Source of the DNA: Perna viridis
Taxonomy: Eukaryota
DNA: 64,000 bases
Reading direction: 5' to 3'
NCBI GenBank assembly: GCA_037379345.1
Contig: CM074511.1
Coordinates: 30,014,862-30,078,861 of the forward strand
The position numbers and the translations under genes were made by a program. Under the pieces are notes generated by a model. That model was given only the letters and a program-made list of their open reading frames with translations. It was not told the DNA's origin and ran no database searches. Positions 12,501 to 24,900 of the stretch are shown here, one piece after another. Positions within the stretch are counted from its first letter, which is position 1; each line of letters begins with the position of its first letter.

Positions 12501-15500
12501 AATGCATTTATTCTGAGCTAACCCTGAAAATTTGCCAACCGCAAAAATCATTTGCTTTACAGTAAATCAAACTTTAAATAATGTAAATTTAATACGATTT
12601 AATAAAGATTTACTTATGTGCCTATTATTATGTGGTGATATGAATAAAAAATGATAACAAAAAGTGCAATGTAAAATAATGTTTGTTAGCATTTTTCTAG
12701 ATAAAATAACATATTTAACAATGCTTTCACATTTTTTAAATGTTGTGGTATTGTATTTTTTTCTCTAAATTGTTCTAATTAGATAATGACCACAAAACAA
12801 CTAATTATCATCGAGTGTAATTGTAATGCTAATAATGAGATACATTGTAATTTTAAGATTGGAAAGAGAAAACTATCAAAATATGATTGCGTGTGCCGAA
12901 GAACGATATAATTGTATCAGCACACGAGTTCAATTTTCAAACGGTCTCGGCACGTGTTATTACATTTTGGTTATTCGCAATAACCTAGTAATTATCATGC
13001 CTTTTACATGAATTGTTTCCAAAATATATTGCTACTTTTTAACATAAGTTTTAATTTTGTTATGATCGGCAGAGTTGTGGTATGTTGGTGGGAAAAAAGT
13101 TCTAGAGTGAATTTACTAAATGTATTTTACAGTGTCAAAATTCCATAAATCTTGATGATAAAGTTTTATGTATTTATATCATATTTAATTTTAGGGTCAT
13201 GTCTTGCAATAAACTCAGATACAAATACTAACCAGTGGTTGATGCACTTGTCACAATATTTGAACCGTAAGTAAAATATTTCCTACACAGGTACAATTTA
13301 TTTTTCCGACGCAGTCGGTATAGTTTCGCTTTTTACCCTTTGACTTTAAAGACGCTACTCCATGGAAACGCAAATCACCTGTTCACATTTCTGTTTCCAA
13401 ACTGGCTAAATACTGATAACTTAGTGGCGCTCGAAAAAAATGTATCGAAAATGTGTGCCATGTGTTTTTTTCTTGAATGAAATGTAGAATATTGGAAGTA
13501 AAAAAAGAACAAGAATTTACTGCGTCGGCTATCATTTTTTTAAAGGTAGTACTTGTTATAACATAGTATTATCAAAATGCTTGTGTTATTATTGTTTTGC
13601 GGTAAAGTTTCACTTCTATTGTAACTAAGGCAAATGCAGAATTGAGAATCGCTTTTTGGGAATAATGGTGTGGAATAAGGTTTTCTAAAAACAACAAAAA
13701 CAAACAAAAAACAAAAAACAAAAAACAAAAATCATACATTTAAATTTTAAATAATTTAAAAGTTTAAAATTTAATTGAAAAATGTAATAATGTAAGATGG
13801 AAAATGCTTTCGAGCTTTAATTGAAAATAGGGATTTTCTTTGGGGAGATTCAGGAGGAATATTCTATGGGAAACATTGTGCTCGAAAATGGGAAGTTATA
13901 CCATGGAGGAGCTGTGCATAAAATCCGACCTTTGTGTTTATATTGAAACGTCGACAGTGACAGCGTATTAGCCTATGTTTAACCCGACTTTCATTATGCA
14001 ACTCTATTTGTCTTATTGATGTAAATAGTTAAAAAAAACAATATTACATATATACGCTGGAAGAGCTCAATAAATCATTTAAACATATTTTATTTAAAAT
14101 TTGCAAACAGAAAAAAATGATTCAAATTTATACAGTAAATGGCAATTGGTAAATCACTTTTCCAGTAACTATTGAGGCGTGTCAAACAAAAGGTAATAAT
14201 TCACACATGCCTAAAATCTAACTACCAGTAAATTTGCCCCAAAATTAAATTGTCCCAGAATAGATTTTATTAATATATTTACTGATTCAATACATATAAA
14301 ATAAAATGATTCCCAACTGTTGGGATAGAATTATAAGGATTAAACAGCTATTTTCAGTCGTTCATGCATGTATGAACGGATCTCTCCACCCCAAACATTA
14401 CATTTTGGGACTCAGTTTACCTTTTTGTAATATTAAGTACTCTTTTATTTTACATTTTAAAAAGGACACATTATGAAAGCACTAAGACAGGTAACAAACA
14501 AAAAGTATTTTGTAAATGTTAACTGGCCTACTTTAGATAGGTTAACTTTTCATGAACCACAATGTCGTTCATGAACAAGTATTATGTGAACCAAAGGTGT
14601 TTATTCAATCGCATGAAGAACATTTAAGTATTACTCTGTTTAAGAATCAGGCAAAGTGTAACTAAAAATCTGACATTTTTTTTTCGCTCATGAATTCTGA
14701 TTTATTTTAAACAAATACGGCTCAAATGAGGAAAATTATTGTTGGGAGGACTGGAATGATGCACCTAATTTTATGTTTCACAATGTCGATTATGTATTTT
14801 TCTGAGAGAATTTAAATATCTTAACAAATATCAAAACGTTATTTACACATGTTCTGATCATTTTTAAAACTGTAGGTGATCCAACAACAAGACGGTTCTG
14901 TGGATTGATTTCAAGAGAACCTGACAGAAATACAAAGATGGATTCGACGATCTTAACGGAGACAATTTTGGCTAGGTAGATAATACAAAAATACCAATCA
15001 TATTAATTTCAAGTTTTGGTATGCTAAACACATGTTTTAAGGAGTAACCGCTCCTCATTAGAATCAAATATGTATAGAAACATCTACATCCTAATATTAA
15101 ATGCATACACGACGTACTCACAACCAAAACAATCGAAATAGGAAACCGAATCTACCACCGAGAGGTTTTACCATGTGCAAGACAAGGTATAGGGTTTGTA
15201 TGTCTCGTTCTGGTTTCAGTTTCCTTTCCGGAACTTCTGATGTAGAACGTATTGAAATCCAAAGACCGATCTGCATTTTATTGTATACTTCCGCGAAAAC
15301 GAAACGCTACAATCACAATGCAAAATTTTCTATTATATGCTTTTCTTAACATTTTTATTATGTAGAACTAGATATTTGTCATTTTTATCAGTATTTTTAC
15401 ACACAAAAACATTTTGCTTTTAATATTGAACCCATTGATGTGTTAATGACGAATCTCCATGTATTTGAATGGTAGACGAAGACCCATTCTCATAAAATCA

Positions 15501-16244
15501 CAGAGTCACGTGAGGAGACTTACATACCATATACAGCCTCAGTGTTTAAGGTATTTTGAAATTTGTTACACTGCTAAACATCAATGTATTAAAGCTGGGA
15601 TTGATATTCCTTTAACTATGAAGACAATCACACACTATTATTGGTTAGCTCAGATATGAACGATTCTTTATAATGAATTGAAAAAAAGGAATACTCTTGT
15701 ATCAAAATTTGTAAAGCTTATCATACTTACGAATAGATCAATTTTCTTCAGGACAAGGCATTTGTAAAGTATCAGTCGATTTACTTCTTATTTTATAACG
15801 TTTTTGTTTATATAATTAGGTAACGACAAAAAAAAAAAAAACAACAAAATTACAGACAGCGCAAGATATGAACTACGGATTGACATCAAGAGCTGGGAAG
15901 GAGAAAGTTGGTATGCTGTTTATAAAACGTTCATAGTAAAGGATGAAAGTTCCAAATACCGGTTGACGGTTGACGGTTAGAGGTATTTTGTGACTGTGCG
16001 AAAGTTTCATTTTTGTTTGTTTTGTTTGTTTGTTTGTTTCTTTTTATGTTAAATTAGTAAAATTTAATGTATTTATTGACTTTTTAAACACAGACTGGTA
16101 AGATATTGAATCGTGACAATCACGGGGAAGAGCACACGTTCTGTCTCTCCACGAAGGGCAGTGGGAAAAAAAGGTATTGAGTAGACAAAAGCGAAGAAAA
16201 TGTATTCCATGATGTTTTCCCGGACGATGATACGAAGATATTGA
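9506..16244 (+). pseudogene. FReD lectin pseudogene, copy B1
   Basis: Exon 1 9506-9602 (MFCSFSAVLTVTVYMFVNA..., 97 nt, donor reads GA instead of GT); exon 2 12264-12323; exon 3 13195-13266 (GSCLAINSDT...); exons 4-6 not found; exon 7 14876-14975 (stop and frameshifts); exon 8 about 15820-15982 (poly-A expansion, [23 protein letters not shown]); exon 9 remnant about 16095-16244 (GIE*TKAKKMYSMMFSRTMIRRY). Confidence 0.88.
11750..11891 (+). mobile_element. Diverged 3'-tail fragment of the Penelope-like family
   Basis: gctcatttactttt...ggtctttgtcattggagtgcattttcttattaccgct...taattactttt resembles the family's 3' terminus. Confidence 0.55.
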
Positions 16245-18459
16245 AGTTATTTACTTATTTATATTAGTTTTATGTGATTGTATACTATAATCCTTTGCTT
16301 GTATTTAGATTTAAAAAAAAACGTCATATGTTCTACCTATTTGTAAGAGTAATTTTTGGTATTATATGGAATACTAAACAAATTAAAAAAAATAAACAAA
16401 GGCTTTGTGTTTAAGTATACATACGCTACATTTACAGTTAATCAAAACGTATCTCTTAAAGACAAGTCTTTATTATCATTCTATATAATGCATAAGTTAA
16501 CATAGAAAAAAGTGAAGAATGCATGCAGTAAAAATGTAAAAATCCCTGTTGATATTGGCAAACCCCTTTTACTTTAATTACAGCCCTGCTATATATGAGA
16601 TTCAAGTTAAACGCAGGTATAAATTGAAATTAGAATCAAACCAATATACAATTGTATGAGGTTGAAATCAAAACACCCTTCAATACCTACATGGAATATT
16701 ATTTTATTTGTTTTACATCACTTAAAGGAACTAATGGCATACATTTCCAATGCAGCCATTAACAAATTACTCTGTTATCGTTATTGATTACCAAGTCTGA
16801 CGCATTATACATTTAACATCAAATCAAAAAGTTGCCATTACTTATCTATATACAATTCAATAATGAATTATCACTAATAGGGGTAAATTGCGGATTCCAT
16901 GGGTGACAAAACAGTTTTTGACAGTCAATATACCGACACAAGTTCACAGGAGAAGAAAGAAAAAAACAAAGGAAAATATAAAACACACAAAAAGACGAGA
17001 AGAACGAACCCCACAAACAACAGAAGCATTTAAAGTATTTCATATGCAAATTTGGAACACAGAACAAAAAAAATATTTCTTGCACATTGAAGTATGTTAT
17101 TTAAACGGAGTTTTGTAATTAGAATTTGGGTAATGTGTGTTGCCTGTTCCGCCTACTCGCGGTCTTTGAAGGAAATACCCTAGGAATGATATGAATCTGT
17201 TTCACTTCGTGGTTTCTTGAACAGAGTGTTTAAAAGTTTTTCAACGATGAAAAAGACAGCTAAGTGTTGATATAATTTCACATAAACCTTAAGTAAAGGT
17301 AAGCTAAAATTAGTTAGGACGTGAACTTAAACTGGATAAGACGTATCTTTCTTCTCATAGAAGTATTAGGCGGAAACAATATGACTGTCATGGACATAAT
17401 ACAAAACTAGTCATTCTGCACTCTTTAAAGTGTCAGAATGAATGACATCTTTTCATGTGATAAGGGGATAACTATTTTTATTTTCCCACTTTTAATACTC
17501 AAATAAGATACATTCACATTTTGGTCAGATACAATGATACGATACTGTATCTATTAACCTTTTATAATGTCTTCATTCATTCGAGAAACATGTTCTTTTA
17601 TGCTTCCAAATTTGTTCACATTCTAACTTCCATTAGAAATACATGAATGAAGTACATTGCAATAGAAATTTTCGAGACCAGGAAGACTTTCTGATATAAC
17701 TGGTGACGAAATAAGGCTTTAAGTTTTAAACTTCCATTTTGAATTTTACGTATAAAAATTCTCTTTGTATGATCTAACAAAATAAAACAAAACTGTACAC
17801 AAAATTCGATAAGAGTTGTTAATGAAATATGTATTTTATTAATGTTATCAATCAAGAATCTTAAGTACAGTTTCCATGTATATATTGTACCTTATGTTAT
17901 GTGCATTTGTTTTAATAGACAGTTGTTCTTTTTGGTCAGGAGATTTGTTTTGAATTTGCAGTTTATGTTTAATTGATCATATTTCCAAATAACTTTACCA
18001 CGCAATCCAAATGCATGTGTTTGCAGATAGGCCCACAGAGCAAGTAAACAACAAGAATTTGCCTGTAACTTTATATCAATATTTGGAATTAGAGAAGGAT
18101 AGTATACGTAAGTTTTCTCTAGTTTGCACGAATCAAATCTCTCAAAACCCTTTAGAAATGTATTTTTATGTTAATGAACTTTCTTATTACTCGACTAAGG
18201 CTCACTATATTATTCCAAATGTGATTTGATTGAAAACCATGGCTAAAATATTGATAGTTTTCTTTGTATTCATACAATCAATTCTCGACAAAACCAATTA
18301 TGTGACCTCACAAAAAAATAGAAAGTGGATTGAAGGTAAAACGTATTTTTAAAATATAGCAGCAAATAGCAATTAAATAAGCCTTATTTGATTCCTAAAA
18401 ACGATTTTTATCAATATTAACTTCAGACACTGCCAATAGTAAATCCATGAATACATACG

Positions 18460-19035
18460 CCGGTGCACCTGGTCCATGCTCCCAGTTTTTAGTGGAGTCC
18501 GAGTTGCTCATTTACTTTTGTTACTTTGTATGTATGACTTTAGTTACTTTATGTTCCTCATAATAAGTCAAGTCCGGTGTAGACAAAAGAGGAAAGGAAA
18601 ACTATGACACGTTGAACAAATCAGTTTTAATGGCGAAGACGGTTATACCGTAACGATCCACGAGTTCACTATGACGACAATAAATTCTGTTGTGATGACT
18701 TAACCCTGTTCAAGAAGCCTATTTGCCAGAATAATATCGCGTTACAAAAAATCTGTGTAGATTTGGCAAGCTCTGGCATAACGTATGATTTGTGTCACAC
18801 GCAGGTGCTGAAGGGATGTTGCTACAGATGATAGGAAACTTGACAATTCTGAATGAAAAGTTTGTCGTAAAGTTTGGTCAATAGTTTTCCTTTACCATCG
18901 ATTTCTAAGTGTAGGTCAAGATATGATGCTGACTTCGCAGTGTCTGAAGTATCCTTCATCGCAAGTTCTTTCGGGGTAAATGCGATGTATCAAATACCAA
19001 AAATTAGGATTGTTTAAAGATAATACGTCATCTAC
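18460..19035 (-). mobile_element. Penelope-like copy with inverted 3' segment
   Basis: 18460-18556 matches the 3' tail on +; 18553-19035 matches the RT end and tail on -. Confidence 0.88.
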
Positions 19036-19387
19036 AGTGTAAGAAACTGACACGATTTCATGACGATTGGTTTGTTTTTTTTTTATGAATTTTGTTTAAT
19101 CCGTAACTGTAGTGAAGATCTATCAATCTGACACTGTACTTTTACTAAAGAAAGTCTCAAAGAATTTGAAATGACCAGATTTTGGTCTCTGCGTTATTGG
19201 AGAAAGTTTTCATTAGAATTTTAGAAATGATGTTCCTGTGCCTGAAATATTAATTTGCACTCATGTGATATATGCAGTCAAATCACACTATCAATAATTG
19301 TGGTAATGTTTTACAATGTTGAACCCACTGCATGGCTTGTTTGCATCTGTTCTGATCTCTGTCCCTTATTGTTTTGCTTTACTTAAG

Positions 19388-19549
19388 GAAATGACAAGAT
19401 TCATCAAAAACAATCAGTGGACGGTATGAGGTATTGTAGGACATACGGGATTGAAGTTGCCACTGGCATGTTTTGTACATTATATTAATCTAGGACAATT
19501 AGATATATCAGCTTCTCATAAAAAAACTAAAACTAAAGTGGCAACACGG
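19388..19549 (+). pseudogene. Orphan degenerate FBG exon 8, remnant of a C-type gene (C1)
   Basis: aag|GA AAT GAC AAG ATT CAT...AGT GGA CGG TAT GAG...GAC ATA CGG GAT TGA...TTG TAC...TAT CAG CTT CTC ATA...AGT GGC AAC ACG G aligns with C2 exon 8 ([23 protein letters not shown]...[13 protein letters not shown]); several stops and indels. Confidence 0.75.
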
Positions 19550-19634
19550 ATATTTGTGTTTTTTAAACATAAGCACTGGATTTAGGTTGGATAGTTGTAT
19601 ATGGGTAAAGGTCAAACAATAGAGCTCAACTGAC

Positions 19635-20427
19635 AAGAGTAATCAAGGAAACCAAGGTTATAGTGGTAATCAAAAGAATGCAATCCAAGGACAAAGACCA
19701 GACATGGAAAACATACATACACAACAAAGAACATATAGTAAAATCATACATACAACGTAACAAAAATAAATGATCAACTCGGACTCCACTAAAAACTGGG
19801 AGCATGGACCAGGTGCACCGGTAGGTTAAGCGTCCTCTACTTTTCTAGAAACACACGCCAATTTGTTCATAAAAAAGTCAAGTCCGTGGTAGACAAACGA
19901 GGAAAGGAAAACTATGACCCGTTGAATAAATCAGTTTTCATTGTGCAGATAGATATACCATAACGATCCAGGAGTTCATGATGACAACCATTAAACTTCT
20001 GTAGCGATGGCTTCAATCTTGTACCAACATAACTCTGTTCCAGAAGCCTTTTTGTCAGATTTCTAGCGCGATACAAAAAGTCTGCGTAGTTTCGGCAAGC
20101 TCTGGCATACCGCATGTGATATGAACATTCCATACACAGGTGCTGAAGGGATGTTGCCACAAATGAAAGGAAAGTTGACAATTCTGAATGACAAGTCATC
20201 ACGTTTGTCGTAAATTTTTCCTTTACCATCGACTTCTAAGTGTAGGTCAAGATATGAGGCTGACTTCACAGTGTCTGCGCTATCCTTTATCTCAAGTTTT
20301 TTTTGGGGTAGAATCCCCGAAATTAGGATTGTTTAAAGATAATGCGTAATCTATATAGCGGAAACTGAGATTAAAGGATCTAGCCAAAGGATATTCTTTC
20401 TTTCTGTTAAGATCTGCTATAAAGTCA
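19635..20427 (-). mobile_element. Penelope-like copy, 5'-truncated and frameshifted
   Basis: ORFs 19912-20229 and 20063-20269 carry RT C-terminal motifs; same 3' terminus aagagtaatcaagg. Confidence 0.9.
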
Positions 20428-20744
20428 AGAATTGATATATACAAACAAAACAGTAATTTATTTATCAATAATGAGGCAGTATTCTAAAACACGGAGTAAA
20501 TAAAGACTTTGATGGAGTTTGTTACCTACAATTAGCCTGAATCTCATTGTATTTGACATTTTAGAAAGAAATAATTTAGTTTACAAAGAAATTCAAATGC
20601 CTTGAAGTTTATCATATGAGTTTATTGGATGAAGATACAAAGTTTGGCAGTTACCCTTAGTTCAACATGATGAGTTTTAAAGATATATCACAAAGATGAC
20701 TTAGTTGACAAGTTTTTCAACTCTTTAATGTCTAGAAGCCTACT

Positions 20745-20950
20745 TAAAAAGAGACGATTTTGATTGACTATTGGTAATTTTCTATTCCCAGATGGTGATA
20801 TACCGGGAGCACCCTCCTACGGTATTTTTAAGACTACAAGTTTAAGCTGAAACGACAACTTGTTCAGACAATTTTCTTACGATGATACACATCAACCATG
20901 ACAAAAAGTGCTAATCCGTTTTACGGTAGCACTTTCTTACTGGAAATGCA
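20745..20950 (+). mobile_element. Highly diverged RT fragment of a related Penelope-like subfamily
   Basis: Reads KRDDFD...NFLFPDGDIPGAPSYGIF with a frameshift, paralleling [26 protein letters not shown]. Confidence 0.6.
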
Positions 20951-21127
20951 ACCCGAAAATAATTGTCAAGATTACGTAAGACACAATTATAAAATTGAAT
21001 TCGAAGAATTGAAACCCATATATTCCAAACAATAATAAAAAAATCTATTGATTTTAAATTTACATCCTCTCTCTAACTAGTTATCAGATTCTATATGTTT
21101 AATTATTACACCTGGTATTTTATCATC

Positions 21128-21284
21128 CATTTAAACGCACGGTGGGAGCGTTCGGTTATCGTACGATTGAACACGAAATATGAGCGTTCGTAATACGCAC
21201 GAAGGAAGCGCTGGATTGTCGTGTATTAAATGAGCGTATTGAGTGCGTTCATGTGCGGAAAACCTTAACGTTTCAGGAAGTGTA
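21128..21284. mobile_element. Truncated, diverged copy of the 43782-44041 MITE
   Basis: tttaaacgcacggtgggagcgttcg... units and right end gcggaaaaccttaacgtttcaggaagtgta. Confidence 0.65.
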
Positions 21285-21932
21285 ATAAGTAGCAGATTTG
21301 AACAGCTTATTAATTAACTTTGATAAAGGATGAATTCTTTAGTCACTTGCCTGTGTAGGGCTCGACCCTCAGTGGAGATAATGTTTTCATGCGAGTCGAA
21401 TCATTGTAATATATTAAGACTGGTATCGATAATTCTAGATACTAGTAGTCTTTGATTTCAGAATCATGATTACTAGACCTATTACAAACGTACTTAATGT
21501 TGATCAATAATATATATGCCATAAATTACATGCATGTCTTCTTCATTTCAAGCGTTGTGCTTTTTTATGTTTAACCTTTATGTTTTTTATACTAGTAATC
21601 TTATTATGAAATAATTATCAAATTTCGTATATAACAAACATACAGTAAATTATAGTTGTCTAGCAAATTCAATTTTAATGCATAATACACGTCACACATG
21701 TGGCGTTTAGAATAAGTACTTGACCTAATTTACAACCCACTTGGGTTCTGTTTTCTTGTTTACCATCTTGTAAACGTTGTACACGATGCTAATGACTTGC
21801 ACAAGTATTTTACCCTTGAAATAGTTTTTTGAAGATATCATTGATAAGTAATTTTGCGTCGTAGTTGTCTTAATATGAAGTAACTGTTTAGTTTGAAAAA
21901 CACATTATCAAAACTGACATAGATAGGTTAAC

Positions 21933-24900
21933 ATGGCTGCGCTTTTCAAGCTTTCAGTTGTAATAACATTGACAGTTGTTGTGGAATCTTATTCCCTTCA
22001 AACGTTAGACAAAGGATATTTGATGCAAGGTAAGTAAAGGATTTTTTGTTAGAAATTATGAAGCAGCAGAAGAGATTTTTAAGTGTAAGTGTTTGTAAGA
22101 ATAATGCAAAATCGAAAAAATCATAAGCATGCATGTCATAACCCCCACCGCTCTGACAATGTAATATCACTCAAGGATACTTTCTCTAGTAGAAAATACA
22201 ATTATTTAATTTTAGTCTACATCACTGGCTTTGACATTTTTTCAATAGCATTTAAGAAAGGGGAGACCTTTGACAGAGTTATCTGCCCTTGAAATGTTCA
22301 TTTTCAGTGCATTTCAATAAAATTATATAACTCAAAGCACCAACATGATATGGAAATATTGTTTTTTTTTATTCCTTGAGTTTGATAGTGAAAATAGTTC
22401 AATTACACTCAAAATTATGTTTTTTTCATACCATGTTTCACCCACTATCTGATTCTTACAAAGACTGACACTTAATAAGCAAATATAAAATAACCAACAA
22501 AAAAAAAAAAAAAAAAAAACAACAGTGGAAACGAACAGACAGAGGTATTTGTTATTTAAGTGTAAGTTTTTGTACGAACCAGAAACACGCATGTCTGAAA
22601 CTCACCAACTCACCAACCTGACAATACAATTATTCAAGGATGCTTTTGCTATTGAAAAATACTTTTATTTGACCTCTGCATCATTGGATTTGCTTAACAA
22701 AATCTTTCAACAAAATGTAAGAAAATGATATTTTTGGCAGAGGTATATGCCCCTAAAATATTCATTTTTATTTCTTTCCAATGAAATTACAACTCAATTT
22801 ACCAAAATGATATGGAAACATTATCTTTTTTCCTTGGTTCCGATGGTGCCAATTGTCAGCTCAAACTTTCAAAATGTGCCTTTTTTATACCTTTCTCTCC
22901 CTCTGTCTAATTCTTATATAGACTGATAACTACTTTACATTATTCAGTGTTAAAAAAGGGAGTTAGAAGCATACATGAGGACAAACCAATTCGGTAAAAG
23001 TTTTTTTTTTCTTTTTTTGCTTTTGTTTTATTCTCTCAAAGGAAGTTAATCTAGAACTCCGTTATCTATTTATAACTCTGCCTAATACTAATCAATTCGA
23101 CGAAACAATCATTAAACAATGCGTTAATTGTACAAGTATCTATTTGGTTTACATGAAATTGACTAGATTTACATTTTATTTTTTTTTCATTTCATAATTA
23201 CAAAATGATTTGTCAAGGCCTTTATTGTACAGGTATGCGTTTGATGCTCGTGGAATTGAGAAGTTTTATATGTTTTCCATGATAAATTCCAGATAAGGTG
23301 GATGCAGCTAATAACAGGTCTATAGACGATTTTATGAAAGAACTACATGGTATGTTGTATTTATTTTCTTCTCTTACATTCTAACAATCGTTGACTGTAA
23401 ATATTTCAAAAGAAGTATGATCTTTTTCTTTCCTACATGTTCAATAATGATACATATTCAGAGAAGGTCTCTTCTTGAATGTTCCAAGAAGTTGTCATTG
23501 AAATTTACTATGCATGTTTTGAATTCTAACACAGCCTCTGTCCTCGTACAATAAATTTATTGTCTAAATATAGTAGATAATATTTGTGTTATCATTCCTT
23601 TTACAAAACGTTTTTTGTATAATAACATTGAAATAATAACGAAAAACATTTACTCATATCAATGAATTACTATATTTTTGGAAATTGCATGCAGACGCTT
23701 TTAGTTCATTAAATGTTTAATTCTATCATGTCAGTTTATAAAGAGAAAAACTGATATGGTTAAAGGTTACAAATGGACTTTCAACGTATAATCTAAATAC
23801 TAAATAGTAAATACTTACAAATCTCCAGTAAATGTAAAAAACACCTTTGATAAGCTCTTAGGTAAGGGTCCCGTTAACAAAATGTAATATCCACGGTAAT
23901 TGAATGATGACAATTCTTCATAAGCAAACGAGAAAAAAAATATAACGACACAGGGTCAAATTAATGACCAACATCACCTGACTGTCAAAAGGCACCTAAC
24001 ATGAATAAGTTCATTCAAAAATATACCAAATTCTTACATGGGGTACTTTAACATCCAACATATAGACAAAATAAAATGTCCACTTAAAGAACGCTCGCAG
24101 TAACTGAATGCATGCTAAAACACATTAAAGACTGACCACACCATGAAAACTATTACATTAGAAATAATCGGTCACTGCGTACAATTCAAATCGACTGGAT
24201 TTGGACTAGTAACGTTAAATACCAAATTAACAAGAACTTTCATCTGTGGCAACATCCCTTCAGCACCTGTGTATGGAGTGTTCATATCACAACTTATACG
24301 TTATGCCAGAGCTTGCCGAAACTACGCAGACTTTTTGTATCGCACTAGAACTCTAACAAATAGGCTTCTGGAACAGGGTTTTGTTGCTACAAGATTGAAG
24401 TCATCACTACAGAAGTTCTATGGTCGTCATCATGAACTCGTGAATCGTTATGGTGTATCCATCTGCACCATGAAAACTGATTTATTCAACGGGTCATAGT
24501 TTTCCGTTCCTCGTTTGTCTACCCTGGACTTGACTTTTATGAGCAACTCGGCGGGTGTTTCTAGAAAAGCAGAGGACGCTTACCCTACCTCTGCACCTGG
24601 TCCATGCTCCCAGTTTTTAGTGGAGTTGCTCATTTGCTTTTGTTACTTTGTATGTATGATTTTAGTTACTGTATGTTCTTTGTTGTGTATGTCTGTTTTC
24701 CATGTCGGGTCTTTGTCCCTGGATTATATTCCTTTGATTACCGCTATAACCTTTGTTCCCTTGACTACTCTTTGAAGTAGTGCAATACTAGACAAAAATA
24801 TGAGTTTTGTTCATGTAGGTTTGCAAAATGGGTGTAAATCTCTATTTGTGAAATCACGATTCAAAGAATAGACAATAAATTGATAATCGTATTCTTTATT

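Noticed and set aside
13346-13921. Possible MITE with gct(a/c)ctccatgg inverted ends
   Set aside because: Inverted repeat is short, outer ends do not match, and there is no second copy in the window.
24515-24775. Recurrent small [20 protein letters not shown]... (also 7179-7478, with overlapping frames at 2400-2615)
   Set aside because: Lies in the retroelement 3' tail; different frames are open in different copies, so recurrence reflects repeat identity, not coding selection.
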